Positions 11,501-23,216 are shown, counted from the first letter of the whole stretch. The stretch is 63,378 bases of DNA, filler included, from Reclinomonas americana ATCC 50394 (GCA_048213135.1; 12 parts of 12 records of this genome joined end to end with filler, not necessarily neighbours in it), one strand, 5' to 3'. The notes: generated from the letters alone by a model not told the origin. Translations and numbers: made by a program.

Positions 11501-12282
11501 TGTGCAGCATCGATCGCGACTGCAGGCTGTGCGGCGGTGCAGCATGGAGTGGTGGCTTGTTGCGTTTGCTGTGAGCTTAGCATTATCATCGTCTACCATC
11601 TCACTCTTCGGCATACCGAGCAGCCGCGTTGGAAGTGTGCCAGTTCGAGGCAGTAGATCGACCTGGCGGCACGATCTTCGGTGTGTTTCTATCGGTTCTC
11701 AGCGAAGTCGGATGTTGCGAGTTGTGCGACCAGTGTCCGCTGTGTCGATCATGGACGTTTTTGGATGCTGCTGCGGCGTCGAATACTCTTGGAGTTGGTG
11801 TGTGCACCCTCAAGGCACGTGATCGTTGATGGTAAGAAGAGGCGCTTGACGAATGACGAGCTCATCTTCTCGGTGCATGCAGAGCACGGTACCGGCGGCG
11901 GCAGTCAATGCAGAGACCAGCAACGTGTGTGGCACGCATTTCTGCTTGGTGTCGGGACGCAAGACGAGTGCGGCTGCGTATGACAGCAGCGGATTCCAGA
12001 CGAGCACGGGTGAGTTTTTCGCAGAGATTAGAGAGAAAGAGATGAGGGAGGATTGTGGCTTATTGGCGTGCAGATCGACCTGGTGGCGATCTCACGTGGG
12101 CCATCAAGACAACAAGCGGAGCACAAGCATGCTCGCTGTGGTGCTCGCAGTTGGCCGCATGCGGCTCGTGGACGTTCACAGCGTCGACGAAACAGTGTGC
12201 GCCGAAGAGTGGCGTGGTGGCGACGTCGACGGGGACTGCGTGTGCGACCAGCGGTGACTGCACATCGGGGTTGAAGATCTGA
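5021..12282 (+). CDS. Large secreted multidomain protein: signal peptide, 2x[FN3-like domain interrupted by NHL propeller, cadherin-like], cadherin-like, IPT/TIG-like, cadherin-like, 2x PAN/apple-like; ~23 introns; spans the 8388-8487 gap
   Basis: Spliced frame gives VAIVVFFSFILAASA|QTVTT (signal peptide), NHL repeats (FYNPHGVAVD..MYVGDWYNNTIRRV), cadherin-like NxAPTDI..TTDANAGQSFTYS..STDNGSPP, and PAN-like DRPGGDL..CSLWC..CGSWTF..C.PK. The exon at ~11508-11558 is less certain. Confidence 0.8.
7420..7590. repeat. CTT-rich low-complexity tract inside intron 7346-7640
   Basis: Degenerate (CTT)n/(CTTGTT)n pyrimidine tract between a GTGAG donor and a CAG acceptor. Confidence 0.8.
8489..8542. repeat. 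Intronic (GT)n microsatellite at contig start
   Basis: Perfect GT run; probably caused the assembly break inside the NHL gene. Confidence 0.95.
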
Positions 12283-12326
12283 GTGAGATGGCTCAATTGC
12301 CTACTTGATTGTTGTAATACATTGTT

Positions 12327-13228
12327 ACGCCTCAGCACAGTCACCGGGGAACGCCTCGAGCTCCTTCTTAAACTGTGCGCCAATGCTGACGGATGCACAC
12401 CAACAACGATCGGAAAATTCGAATCACGCCTGTCGACTGGTTGCCGGTGCTGCTGCAGGCTAGTGGACACGATTGCCTGTCACAACTGAGCACGACGGCA
12501 AAACACTCGGAGAGAAAAGTCGAAATCGTTTTACTGAGACACGGCATTTTCACATTTGGCGCCAAATTCTACGGTTTCCTTTTCTCATCACGCCGCTTCT
12601 CATGAATGCCAACGAGCGCGCGCTGCTTTTCTCGTGCTCCTCACGCAATCGTGTTGCCGACCTGCGCGTGCATGTCAGCGTCGCCATCGTCGTCTTCTTC
12701 TCATTCATTCTCGCAGCAAGTTGCGTCACGGTGCATTTGTCGTTGCCACTCTTCTTCAAACACAAACACGCCTCCTTCTGTCTTGATCCGCTCGCAGGCG
12801 CCCAGACAGTGATCACCGCTGTGGCCAACAATGTCACTGGCTCGTCCGCCACTCTCAACGCGTGGGTCAATCCCAACAATGTCGCTGGTGGCACTACCAA
12901 CTCGTTTGAGTGGTCTCCATACGCCGCTGCCGTTGGTGTCTCCTCTGCCACTGTCTCCGCCTTTGTGGGCACGGCGGGCGTGTCGGGAACGACGGACGGT
13001 GTTGGAGCAAGTGCGCTATTCTTCCAGCCACTGGTACCCTTCATGGATGACATTGATTGCTTTCTCTCACACACATTCTGGACTGACGCGCTTGTGCTCT
13101 CTCGACAGGGACTGGCCTTCGACGCCATGGGGAACTTGTTTGTCGCCCACCATGGGTTTGTGTGCACCCACAAATGCATTGTCTCGCTGTCCACTCGTCT
13201 GCTTTCTTTCTCTCGCTCACACGCGACC
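12327..13228 (+). repeat. Recent segmental duplicate of the promoter and 5' part of the NHL gene (3885-3913 plus ~4825-5657)
   Basis: Near-identical sequence including introns. A 5-nt indel (TACGG) falls inside the predicted first intron. Confidence 0.95.
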
Positions 13229-13563
13229 CACTGGAGCGATTGTCGTGCTCCACAGTGGCGATCGAGGACTTTTGCAAGTGTGGGACGCAGGTACGTCTTG
13301 CTGCGAGACGGTGAGCAACACTGAGAAGGAGAAGACAAGGATACTCACTGTCGGAGGTTCACACAGGTCTGCTGCCCGAGGCTGGTCACTTGTTGCGAGA
13401 GGAGGTACGCGCAGCCTGTGATGCCGTCGATGCACTGGGAGAAGTGGAAGCAGCAATGGAAGACGACGACGGCGAGCCACTGCCGAAACTCGTTATGCGT
13501 TGTTTCCTGGAGGAAGCGCAGCTGCAGCTGTTGCGCTGGTCACAGAGTCTCGAATATCAGTGA
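12602..13563 (+). CDS. Candidate chimeric gene (NHL-gene exons 1-3 fused to the 3' end of a third WD40 paralog), join(12602..12719,12798..13033,13109..13155,13256..13290,13367..13563), 210 aa; may be a pseudogene
   Basis: Junction at ~13228. Using the CACAG acceptor at 13255 keeps the WD40-tail frame open to TGA 13561-13563. Confidence 0.5.
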
Positions 13564-13780
13564 AGAAGCACCTAATAGACACCACAGCGATGCCTCGCCG
13601 AATCCGCCCCGGCATTCATGAATACATCGTCTCGCGGCTTCACTCAGCAGTCGGTGTGGCGGCACGGACAACTTGCTAATCTGTCGCTCGTCTTCCAGTG
13701 TCTCAGATTTTCGCTCTCTCTATAAACAGGTACGTGGGTGGTGGTGCAGAGTGGATGAGGTGGGGATGAGTTTGAGGCAA

Positions 13781-15437
13781 CTACTGCATCTGCCTGGCGG
13801 CATTGAGGCGCGCCATGAGGTCACCCGTGGACTCGATTCGGTTTCGCATCGGTCCGCCAAAATCAGTGGCCGCAGTGGCGTCGGTCTTGAGCTGCACATC
13901 ACGACCCATGTGAGACTGCCTTTCCACCATCATTACCAACATACATACTCAAATCACAACAACGTACCGCCATCAGTGCCGGTGCCGATGGAATCCGGTT
14001 CAGCAGGCCCTCTGTGCCAATGTTCTCCTTCTCTTCGTACCGCCGTTGCAGATTGGCCAGCCGCTCCGACACACCGTCTGTGGTTAGAGTGGGATTCGCG
14101 AGCGGTGCCAGGGATGGCGCAGGTGCAGCCGAGGGCCCGGCGGCCGCGCCACCAATGGCGAGACCACCTCGCATTTCAATTGCCTGTGAAAAACAAACAA
14201 ACTCTCGTAAACCACACACGCACAGAAACAGTGTGCCGAAAACTCTCCTCACAAAGCAACTGACCTTTTCACGCGCCTCGAGTTGTCGCTCACGCTCGTC
14301 GAGCGCCCGCTGACGAGCATCCAGAGCCACCTCCTTCTCCCGCAGCTCCTCTTCGCGCTTCTTCATCGCGCTGATCTGCATGGCCATCTTGCGCTCGCGC
14401 AAGCGCGCCGAGATGGGTGGGAAATCCAGCAGCTGATCGACGTTCATACGCCGCGCCTGGTCGACTTGCAGCATGTTGGTGATCACGTCACGCAGCTCGC
14501 GCGAGTACGAGCTGGGAATGGGCTTGAACCTGCCCTCGCGAATCTTCATGGCCAGTGCCACTTGCGTTTGCGCCTCAAATGGCGGACTGCGCGTGAAAGA
14601 TTAAAAAGGAGTGAGTAAGACGATGGAGAACTACACATTAGGGAAGAGCAAACAGTTAAAAAACGCAACGCCAGCGCGCAGAGCTCGTACATCAGGCAGC
14701 CGAGGCTCCAGATGTCGGACTTTTGGTTGTACGGCACCTCGTTGACTTGCTCTGGTGACATGTAAAACGGCGTGCCGACGTTGGTGTAGGCAAACATGGA
14801 GCTCTTGGAGAGGACGCGAGCGAGGCCGAAATCGCCCAGCTTCACATTGCTCTGTGCGTCGAGGAAGATGTTGCCGGGCTTGAGGTCGCGATGCAACACA
14901 GCGCCCTCGTCGCGGTTGTGGCACTCCTTCAGCGCGCACAAACATTGCACAAAGATGCGCCACACAGTCTCCTCATCCAGCAATGTGCTGCAGCACACAC
15001 ACACACGGGAGGATGAGTCAACCAACGCACTCATTCCGACAGCATGCCAGACAACTAACCCTTCTCGTCGCGCCTTCTTGATGAGGGCTCCCAGATCGCC
15101 GCCTGAGCAGTACTCCATAACAATGTAGATCTTCTTGCGATCGCGGTCAATGATGCGGTCGTAGTAGCGCACAATGTGTGGGTGGCGCAGCTCGCGGAGA
15201 ATGTTGACCTCCGACACCAGCAGCTGCTTCTCTTTGTCCGACATGTTGCCATAGTACAGCTCCTTCCACACCAGTTGCTGCGTGCGTGTAGGACGGAAGA
15301 AGACAGTGAGCGACGAGAGTCGTCGTGGAGTCATATCTCGAGTTCCGACAGACCTTTCCGTCGGCCTTGCGGCGGATGCGACTCACTCTGCCAAAGGAGC
15401 CGGAGCCAATGACACCCAGCACTTCATATTGATCCAT
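13781..15437 (-). CDS. NEK2: NIMA-related kinase NEK2-like, complement(join(13781..13891,13968..14183,14265..14586,14670..14987,15060..15277,15354..15437))
   Basis: GSGSFG, LVWKEL.YG.M...EKQLLVSEVNILRELRHPHIVRYYDRIIDR, HRDLKPGN, DFGLAR, GTPFYMSPE. Coiled coil and KEN motif follow. Five GT-AG introns of 72-83 nt; the last exon is inferred. Confidence 0.92.
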
Positions 15438-16476
15438 ACTATCGCACACACACGCACACACGCAACAGTCAGCGTTCATGATGCGAACTGGTGGTTGCAG
15501 TGCCGTTACACACGTGCCATGCAACTGCGAGTGTCACTCTTGCCGTCTGGCGTGCTCATGCGTGCATGGTGTGTGGTGTCTCTCGCAAGCAAGCAAGCAC
15601 AGTGTTCACACATACACGCACAGAGATGGCGAGACAAGGGGCGGAGAGAGAGAGAGTGTGTGTGTGAGAGAGAGAAGACGGGCGAGTGCCTCACCTCGAT
15701 TGGGCCTCCGTGATAGGCAACGCTGACTGACACCACTTGCACGAGAGGAGAAAGGATAAGAGCGCGCGCGAGAGAGAGAGAGAAAGAGGAGGAGGAGAGG
15801 AGAGTGAGAGAACGAAGAGAGACAAGAGAAGTTCTTTGCTCGTCCGATGAGCCAAAAGCCGAAACGTTCCGAGGCCTGTCGGTGCATCCGAGCGGACGGT
15901 GGAATCGTGGCCAATCGTGAGATTGCGTGTGAGGTGAGCGTAAAGGCGCCTGCTGCTGTGTGTGTGTGCAAGTGTTGACGCACACGAGAGAGAATGAGAA
16001 AAGCGAGAATGTCACTGATTGTTTGCGTGTGTGTGTGAACGGAGTGTGACATTGCACTGCACATAAAAAGTGATCTCTGCCCTGCTCTCTTTCTCTCTGT
16101 GTGTGCATAAGAGAGAGCGCGCACATGTGAGCAAGTGCACACTCACACACACGCGCGCAATGAGAGCGCCTGTTGTACAGTTTGCAAACACGCACACACC
16201 GACTCAGAAAAAGTGTATTTATACAATTCGTCACTCCGCGCTGATTATGACTGACACGCGCGAGCTCACACAAGAGAGAAAGAAGAGAAGGGAGTGTGTA
16301 TGTGCCAAAGTGAGTGTGAATGAGAGAGAGAGAGCTGAAAATTTTAACAGCGCGACGTGTGTTTTTTGGTGCTCTCACACAAGTGTCATTCTCTCTCACT
16401 CAAAATATCTCTCCTCTCATGTGTGTATTTGTGTATCTGTGCAGTCTGTGTGTGTGTGTGTAAGTGTGTGTGCAAG

Positions 16477-16586
16477 ATGGCGGCCCCAAATAAGACGCTG
16501 ACGTACAAGCTGGTGCTGTTGGGCGAGAGTGCTGTCGGAAAGTCGTCACTTGTGTTGCGTCCCCTTGAGCGCTCTCAAGCACACCA

Positions 16587-16617
<31 letters not shown>

Positions 16618-17380
16618 TCACTCACGTTCACTTGGCGCACAGATTGCGATTTGTGCGAGGGCAGTTCTTTGAGTACCAAGAGTCAACAATTGGCGGTGCG
16701 CTGATTCTGCTGCCGCTGTTCTGGATGTCGTGTGTGTTTGCTGATGGTGTCTGTTTCTCGTGTGTGTGCGCAGCGGCGTTCTTGACACAGACTGTGCCAC
16801 TGAATGACACGATTGTCAAGTTTGAGATTTGGGATACGGCAGGGCAGGAGCGGTACCACTCTCTTGCACCGATGTACTATCGGGGAGCGGCAGCAGCGAT
16901 TGTGGTGTATGACATTACGAACCCGGTGAGCATGTTGTGTGGTGGTGTGTGTGCGTGGCTGGTTGTGGTACCGTCAGACGCGGGCTTCTCGAGTGGGTTG
17001 CACGAGCCGCAGCCGTCACCTGTTGCCGTGTTCCTCAAGTACACAGTGATTGTTATTCCCAAGCTTCTTTTGCACTCTCCTCAGTCTCCCCAGTCTCTCT
17101 CTCTCTCTCCCTTCCCTCCCCGCCTCATCCACTCACCTTTCCTCGCTTTCCCCCATCACACAGCACTCATTCGAGAAGGCCAAGGATTGGGTGAAGGAAC
17201 TGCAGCGCAAGAGCAGTGCCAACATTGTTATCGCACTGGCCGGCAACAAGGTGGACATGAAGGACAAGAGGAGAGTGGCCACCGAGGACGCGGAGCAGTA
17301 TGCCACCGACAATGGCATTCTGTTCCTGGAGACGTCCGCCAAGAACTCAATCAACGTGAATGAGATTTTCGTGGCCATTG
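16477..17380 (+). CDS. RAB5: Rab5 small GTPase, 3'-truncated, join(16477..16553,16643..16695,16774..16925,17164..17380)
   Basis: [50 protein letters not shown]; Rab5-diagnostic effector region. Confidence 0.95.
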
Positions 17381-17488
17381 GTGAGTTGNNNNNNNNNNNN
17401 NNNNNNNNNNNNNNNNNNNNNNNNNNNNNNNNTTAATTAATTAANNNNNNNNNNNNNNNNNNNNNNNNNNNNNNNNNNNNNNNNNNNN

Positions 17489-19288
17489 CCGCCGTCGACG
17501 CCATCTCGTTTGTCGTCATGCACGTGAGCCTGCTCATGCTCGTCTTCGACCCGGCTGTTGTTGGCGACACGGGCAACAACTTGTTCCTCGGCGCCGAGCT
17601 ATTGCCTTCTGTGGTGAGTCGGGATTTTTTGATTGGCTATATATCTCGCGAAAGGACATCCAATCAAACTTTGCATGCACGAATATTCATTCGGACTGAT
17701 TGGGTGATGGTGCAGATGCCAATGTCCCGCTTGTACGTGGCCTGGATGTTTGCCACTGCCTTTGTCGTGTTGCTACTGGTGCAATTGCGTCGCCTTCACC
17801 GCCGCCAGCAAGCCGAGCACGCGAATATCGGTGGAGGACTTGGAGTGACTGCAGATTCGTTTGCGGCCGGACTTGTCCGTTTGCAGGTTTGTTTCTGCTT
17901 CTCTCTCTCCCTCTCTCCTGCATGCGCGTCTGCGATGGAGGCCTGTGTCTGAGTTGTCTCCGCTGTGCAGCTGGCGCTGGTGGTCGGGCCCATGCTGCCG
18001 TCGTTGACGCTGCTGTTGATGCGCCCACTGCATTGCGACTTCAGCTCGCTGGAACATCTGAGCATGGAGCTCCGTCCGGATGACGATAGCTGGAGTTGCG
18101 TGCGCTGCCTTGGCGATGGCCCACTTAATCATGCGCTCACACACGATGCATATGGATGTTCTTTCACAGAATGCGATGACCCGACCAACGTGTTTCTGGG
18201 CTCCATAGGCCTGCTGTTCACTGTGCTGCTGTGCTTCCTCGCCGTGTTGATCCCGCTGCTGTTGCGTGGCATGCATGCTGATTCAGAGAGGTTCATCATT
18301 GGTGATGACGGGGGGGATGCCATTGCAGATCGCTGGACTTCCGACCGACGTCACGTTTGTGGAGTGCCGGCATGCTGAGTGGCCGCTACGTGGCGACTGT
18401 CAATGTGGTGCGAGTGGCACTTGCAGTGACGCACACATATGTGGCCAATGCGATGCCGCTGGCGCATGTGGTGGTGGCAGTGCTTGGCGCGGTGGTGTTG
18501 ATGGTGGGCCTGCTGCGTCACCTTCCACTGCACGTGCGTGCGTCGGCCAGCTTTGCGACGTCGTGGTGTGTGGCAGTGGTATTGGCGGCATGCGGCTGCG
18601 GCTATCTGGCGCTGACGCAGCAGTCGGATCCACTGTTGGGGACGGTGCTGTTCACGGAAGCAGCAATTGTGGGCGCCAGTGTGGCCGTTGGCTTGTCGAT
18701 TGGCGTGCTGCTGGTGCACGTGCGGCACAAGCAGATTTGCCGCGGCGTGGATCACTTTGTGGCATCGATGGCAATGGGTGGCGGCGGCTCGACCGCCGGG
18801 TCAGTGGTCTCCCTTGGCACAGGCAGTCTGGTGGGGCTATCGAGTCCCACTGCACGATACCTGGTGAGTGAGTTTGCGTGTGATTGAGGCGCGCGGAGTT
18901 CTTCTGTGCTCACATTACGTGTGTGCGCATCGGGGGTCACAGCGTGGTGAAGGATCGGTGAATGGCGGCGATGTGGACGACGGCAAGTTTGAGAACGAGT
19001 TGCGAGACTTGTTCCCCAATGTGTGGTCAGTTGAGCTGGCTGCGCGACTGCCACCAGCATCGGCACCCGACGCGTGGGGACGAGCAATGGATTTGTTTGA
19101 GCTTGGTGCGCGATCCTTCTTCATTTGTCTGAGTTATGGTACGAGTGAGCTGACGACGGGCTTGGTGATGCAGGGCGACTGCGCTTTGCGCAGAGTGAGT
19201 CGGATGTGGTGCCACTGCTGCATGTTGTCTACATGTGGAGCTTCAACGCGGAGGTCGAGCAGGCGCAGCTGCTGATTGCGGAGATTGC
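17489..19288 (+). CDS. TmcB-like multi-pass membrane protein, N-terminal part (spliced, partial at both ends)
   Basis: Several hydrophobic helices with a conserved-looking Cys loop (RPLHCDF..KCDDP), then SVELAAR..AMDLFELG, recalling the TmcB/TmcC-like family. GT-AG introns. Confidence 0.55.
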
Positions 19289-19388
19289 NNNNNNNNNNNN
19301 NNNNNNNNNNNNNNNNNNNNNNNNNNNNNNNNTTAATTAATTAANNNNNNNNNNNNNNNNNNNNNNNNNNNNNNNNNNNNNNNNNNNN

Positions 19389-22300
19389 TGGCTCAAGCAA
19401 CAGCAGCGGGAGCACTGGTGAGAAGCATGAAGAGAAGAAGAAGGAGGAGGAGGAGGCAAGGCTGCGCTGACTCGCTTTGTGTGCATGCAGTGGTGGAAGA
19501 GATGGACACGCCGGCTGGAGAGAACCTGCGTGGAGCGTCGGTGTACGTGTCGAAACACACAGTAGACGGAGGTGAGAGAGATGAGGATAGCACTCTCGGT
19601 GTCTGTTGCTAGTTGATTGAAGATCTGTTTGTGGTGCTGCAGGCAAGCAGCAGACATCTGGGTTTGAAATGACTGTCAGCGCACGCAGCGTCAGTGACAG
19701 TGAAGCGACAGCGACGAAGGCGGGCGCATCGGCCAGCAAGCTGCAGGTGTGTTTTAAGACGATGGCATGTATGATGCATGTCTCGACTGAAGGGTCAGTT
19801 TATCAATGTGCGCAGGAGGACCAGCAACGTGGCCTGTCGAACACCGCGTCGAAGCGCCTGAGTTGTGTCAACTGTGTCGTGTTCCTCCTTGCGTGTTCAA
19901 TCATGTGCTGATGGAGTGGCGTGCGTGCGTGCAGACTTTGCGGGAAGCGAGCAACTTGCGCGCCACACGTCGAATCGCGATGCCCAGGCCGACAGTCGAA
20001 GTGACCACGGGTCGTCGGTGGCAGGTGGCAGGTGTGTGCGGATGAGAAAAAGTGCGCGTCGGAGTGGAGACCACTGACAGATGTATTTCTTGTCTCTCTT
20101 CATCAGCTCGAAGCACTCGGGTGGCAGTTCAATGCGATCGGGAGTGAGCGCAGACAGCACTGCGTCTGCGCTGCTGCGACGGACAATTATTGCGGAGAAG
20201 GTGTGGTGACACGCACTTGTCATTCATATGATGATGCTCACCAGTGTTTCTTCATATTGCAGAACCCCGCGACAACACGTGCGTGCTGGGTTCTGGTGAT
20301 GATGACGGTGGCATGTATGGCGGCACTGGTGTTTGTGTTTGCGCGATCAAACACCATGGTCTCACAATTCAATGACGAGAGCGGCCTGTTTTCCACGTTG
20401 GCGACTGCTTGGTTGCGTTTTCTTCCGTATGTGTGTGGAGGAGGACATGGACAGTCAGTCGCTCACGTGTGCGTCGTTGTGTGTTGCACAGCACATACGC
20501 CTCGCGTGTGGGACTTACCGCGTGGCGCATGTGGAACCAAAGAGCAGTCGCCGACTCGGTCGAGGCACTTCGTCTTTTCATCCCAACGAACACTACATTC
20601 GTACGCAGCGCTCTTGATCAGCTTACTACTCGGTGAGAATCGTGAACTTTCAATCTCAGTTTGTGTTGCTGTTGCTTATAGTGATGTTGACTGGTTTACT
20701 CGTGGCAGACACTACTCCTCGGAGACTGCTGCTCCGGTTACCTTCAAAACCACGATATACTCCAACTCGACAGGCGTCATCTCACCCGTCACGCTTCCGG
20801 GCATTGATTTCTTGCTCACATTCCTCGACAGTGCCATAGTACGATGTTGTGATGCGCTCATTGTCGGTCGCAAGGCTCTCACTTCTTCTGGTTGGCGCAG
20901 GACTTGTTCCACATGCCACTGGCCACCATGACCACTACCGTCCGCCAGGAGTCGTTGGTGACCGTCCTGGCGAACGCTGATGTTGTCAACGATGTCATCT
21001 TCCGCATCGCACAAGAGTTCAACAATCGCACCGTGCAGTCGGCAAGCAGCTACTCTGCCGAAGCATGGGTCGACTTTGCTGTGGTTGCGGGGTGCGTGTG
21101 GTGGTGTGTGTGCAGTCGTTGAGGCAGATGCATGGTACTCACGCACGGGTGGTCGCAGGCTTTGTGTTGGCCTGCTTCTATTGGTGTTCCTGCCGATTGT
21201 GTGGGCAGTCCGGCAAGGACTGATCAAAAATTTGCGCGCGTTCGCTTTGATTCCGAAGGAGGCTGCGCGCGACGTTCACCACGGTCTGCGTGATCGGTAT
21301 CTCAACTATCTGGAGGCGTCGGAGGTGGTGCGCGATGTTGCGTCTCTCTGGTTTCCGCGTGCTCAGTGGTAGCTGTGCCGTGCCCGTTGCTAAATGTGCT
21401 GATTGTGCAGGGCGTCCACCCGTCGACAGTGGTGACCACCAAGTACCTGGCGACGCAGTGCACTCGTGCAGACATGCAGTTCACGCAGAATGTTTTCTTC
21501 CGTGCGTGTGTAGTGGTGATGGTGGCATTCATCGCAGCCACGTGTATGTCGTTGCGTGACGAGATTGCGGACTCTTTGCATCCCTGTGTGTGGATCACTA
21601 ACTGCATTTGTTTGTCTGTTCACCAGGTACGGTGCATCCATAATTGCCAACGAGACAGTGCGGTGCATGAATGTGGCTAGCGTGGCGCAAGCCAGGACCA
21701 CGTCGTTCCCGGTGATTGTGCAGGTTTCCTTGCAATACCTGAATTCGGCGAGCATCGTGCCGAAGGATCAGACGCAGATTCGACTGCAATCGCTGGTCGC
21801 TCGGGTGTGTTTGCATTTGTCAGTCGCTGCGTTGCGATTGTGAAGTGTGTCGCTTACTTGCTCACATGACAGGCACGCGAAAAGCAAGTAGCAGCGACGC
21901 AACTCGTCATGAGTAATGGGTGGGATGCGGCAGCTGACGCGGCTCAGAACTCAATGCTGTACGATCCACGGTGCACACCGCAGGAATCGGCGATTGTCAC
22001 CAATCCGCCGTGGGCGCAGCAGGTCAAGTGCCTGTCGATGAATGACCTGGTTTGTCGAGCTGTGTGGAAAGACGATGCTTCACTTTGCTTTAACTGACCC
22101 GGCTGTACAGGCACGCAGTGTCCTCGATGCGGCCGACTTGCTGGCGTCTCAATACAACAGTCCCGCGAGTGCCAAAGACAAGGACATTGTCGAATACCTC
22201 ATAGCTGCGCGACCAGTGCTTGGCGCGTACTACTCGCAGAGTGCGCAGGTGAGGACATTGATGATGTTGTTTCGCTAGTACGACCGTGTACTTCTACTCA

Positions 22301-22701
22301 CATTTGCACGTGATTTGCAGCTGCTGTCGGACAGTCTTGCGCGCTTTGTGGGCCGCTACCAGTTCCTGTCGGAAGCAATGTTGGTCATGGGCATTCTGGT
22401 GACGCTGGTGGGCTCAGTCGTCTTCATGGCACCGTCACTGGCCGAGGCCGATCAGCAGCTGCGCTTCTTCAAGCGATCGCTGATGCGTGTGCCGACTGCG
22501 GTGGTCACCACCGTGAAAGAGCTGCAAGTGCAGCTGCTTCCTCGTTACGTCATCGTGGTGTGGATATGCACCTGCTGCGTCGTGTGCAACTGAATGCAAG
22601 AGTTCACAGATGCTTTGCTCGCATCCATGGAGATCAATCGAATGATGAACGAGAACGACCACATGTTCCGTGAAATCACTTCTGGTGAGGGGAGCTGTTC
22701 C
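19389..22701 (+). CDS. TmcB-like membrane protein, C-terminal part (spliced, partial); probably the same gene as 17489-19288
   Basis: Ser-rich linker ending ALLRRTIIAEK, repeated TM-helix pairs, and terminal TM plus SLAEADQQLRFFKRSLMRVPTAVV, resembling TmcB-family C-termini. Confidence 0.5.
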
Positions 22702-23216
22702 NNNNNNNNNNNNNNNNNNNNNNNNNNNNNNNNNNNNNNNNNNNNTTAATTAATTAANNNNNNNNNNNNNNNNNNNNNNNNNNNNNNNNNNNNNNNNNNN
22801 NCGCGGCACCGCGCTCTTGGCTGGCGCCGTCGCGCAGAGGAGGCACAGCGCCAGTCCGGCTCGCGCCATCGATCGGTTGAGCGAAAGATGTCCTGGTGTG
22901 GTGATCGACATGGGTCCCTCGGCCGATCGAAGAAGATCTCGTTTACTTTTGCCACCGGGCCGGCATCTGTCGATTGCTTCCGGTTGCCGGGCCTTGCCGT
23001 TGGCGAGCCGCCTCAGCGGGCGTGGGCAAAGAGCATGGCGGCGTCAAAGAGGATGCGGCCACCCCTTCCTCGCGAATCCTGGCTCACGGCGAACCGCAAC
23101 CCAGCGCAAGCAGGCGCAATCGTCGCCGAGCGATCAAAGCTGTATATTCGGAAAACAGATCAGAGGTCGCCACGGGCCACCCGGTACAGGACATCATCGG
23201 CGCGAAGGAGAACGTC

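Noticed and set aside
15506..16501. Long ORFs between NEK2 and RAB5
   Set aside because: Products are HT/CV/SL/RE runs from dinucleotide repeats with no protein-like features.
16552..16649. Similarity of the RAB5 intron start (GTTGCG) to the next exon start (ATTGCG) as an introner target-site duplication
   Set aside because: GTTGCGT is a general donor in this genome, and other introns show no such duplication or shared internal sequence.
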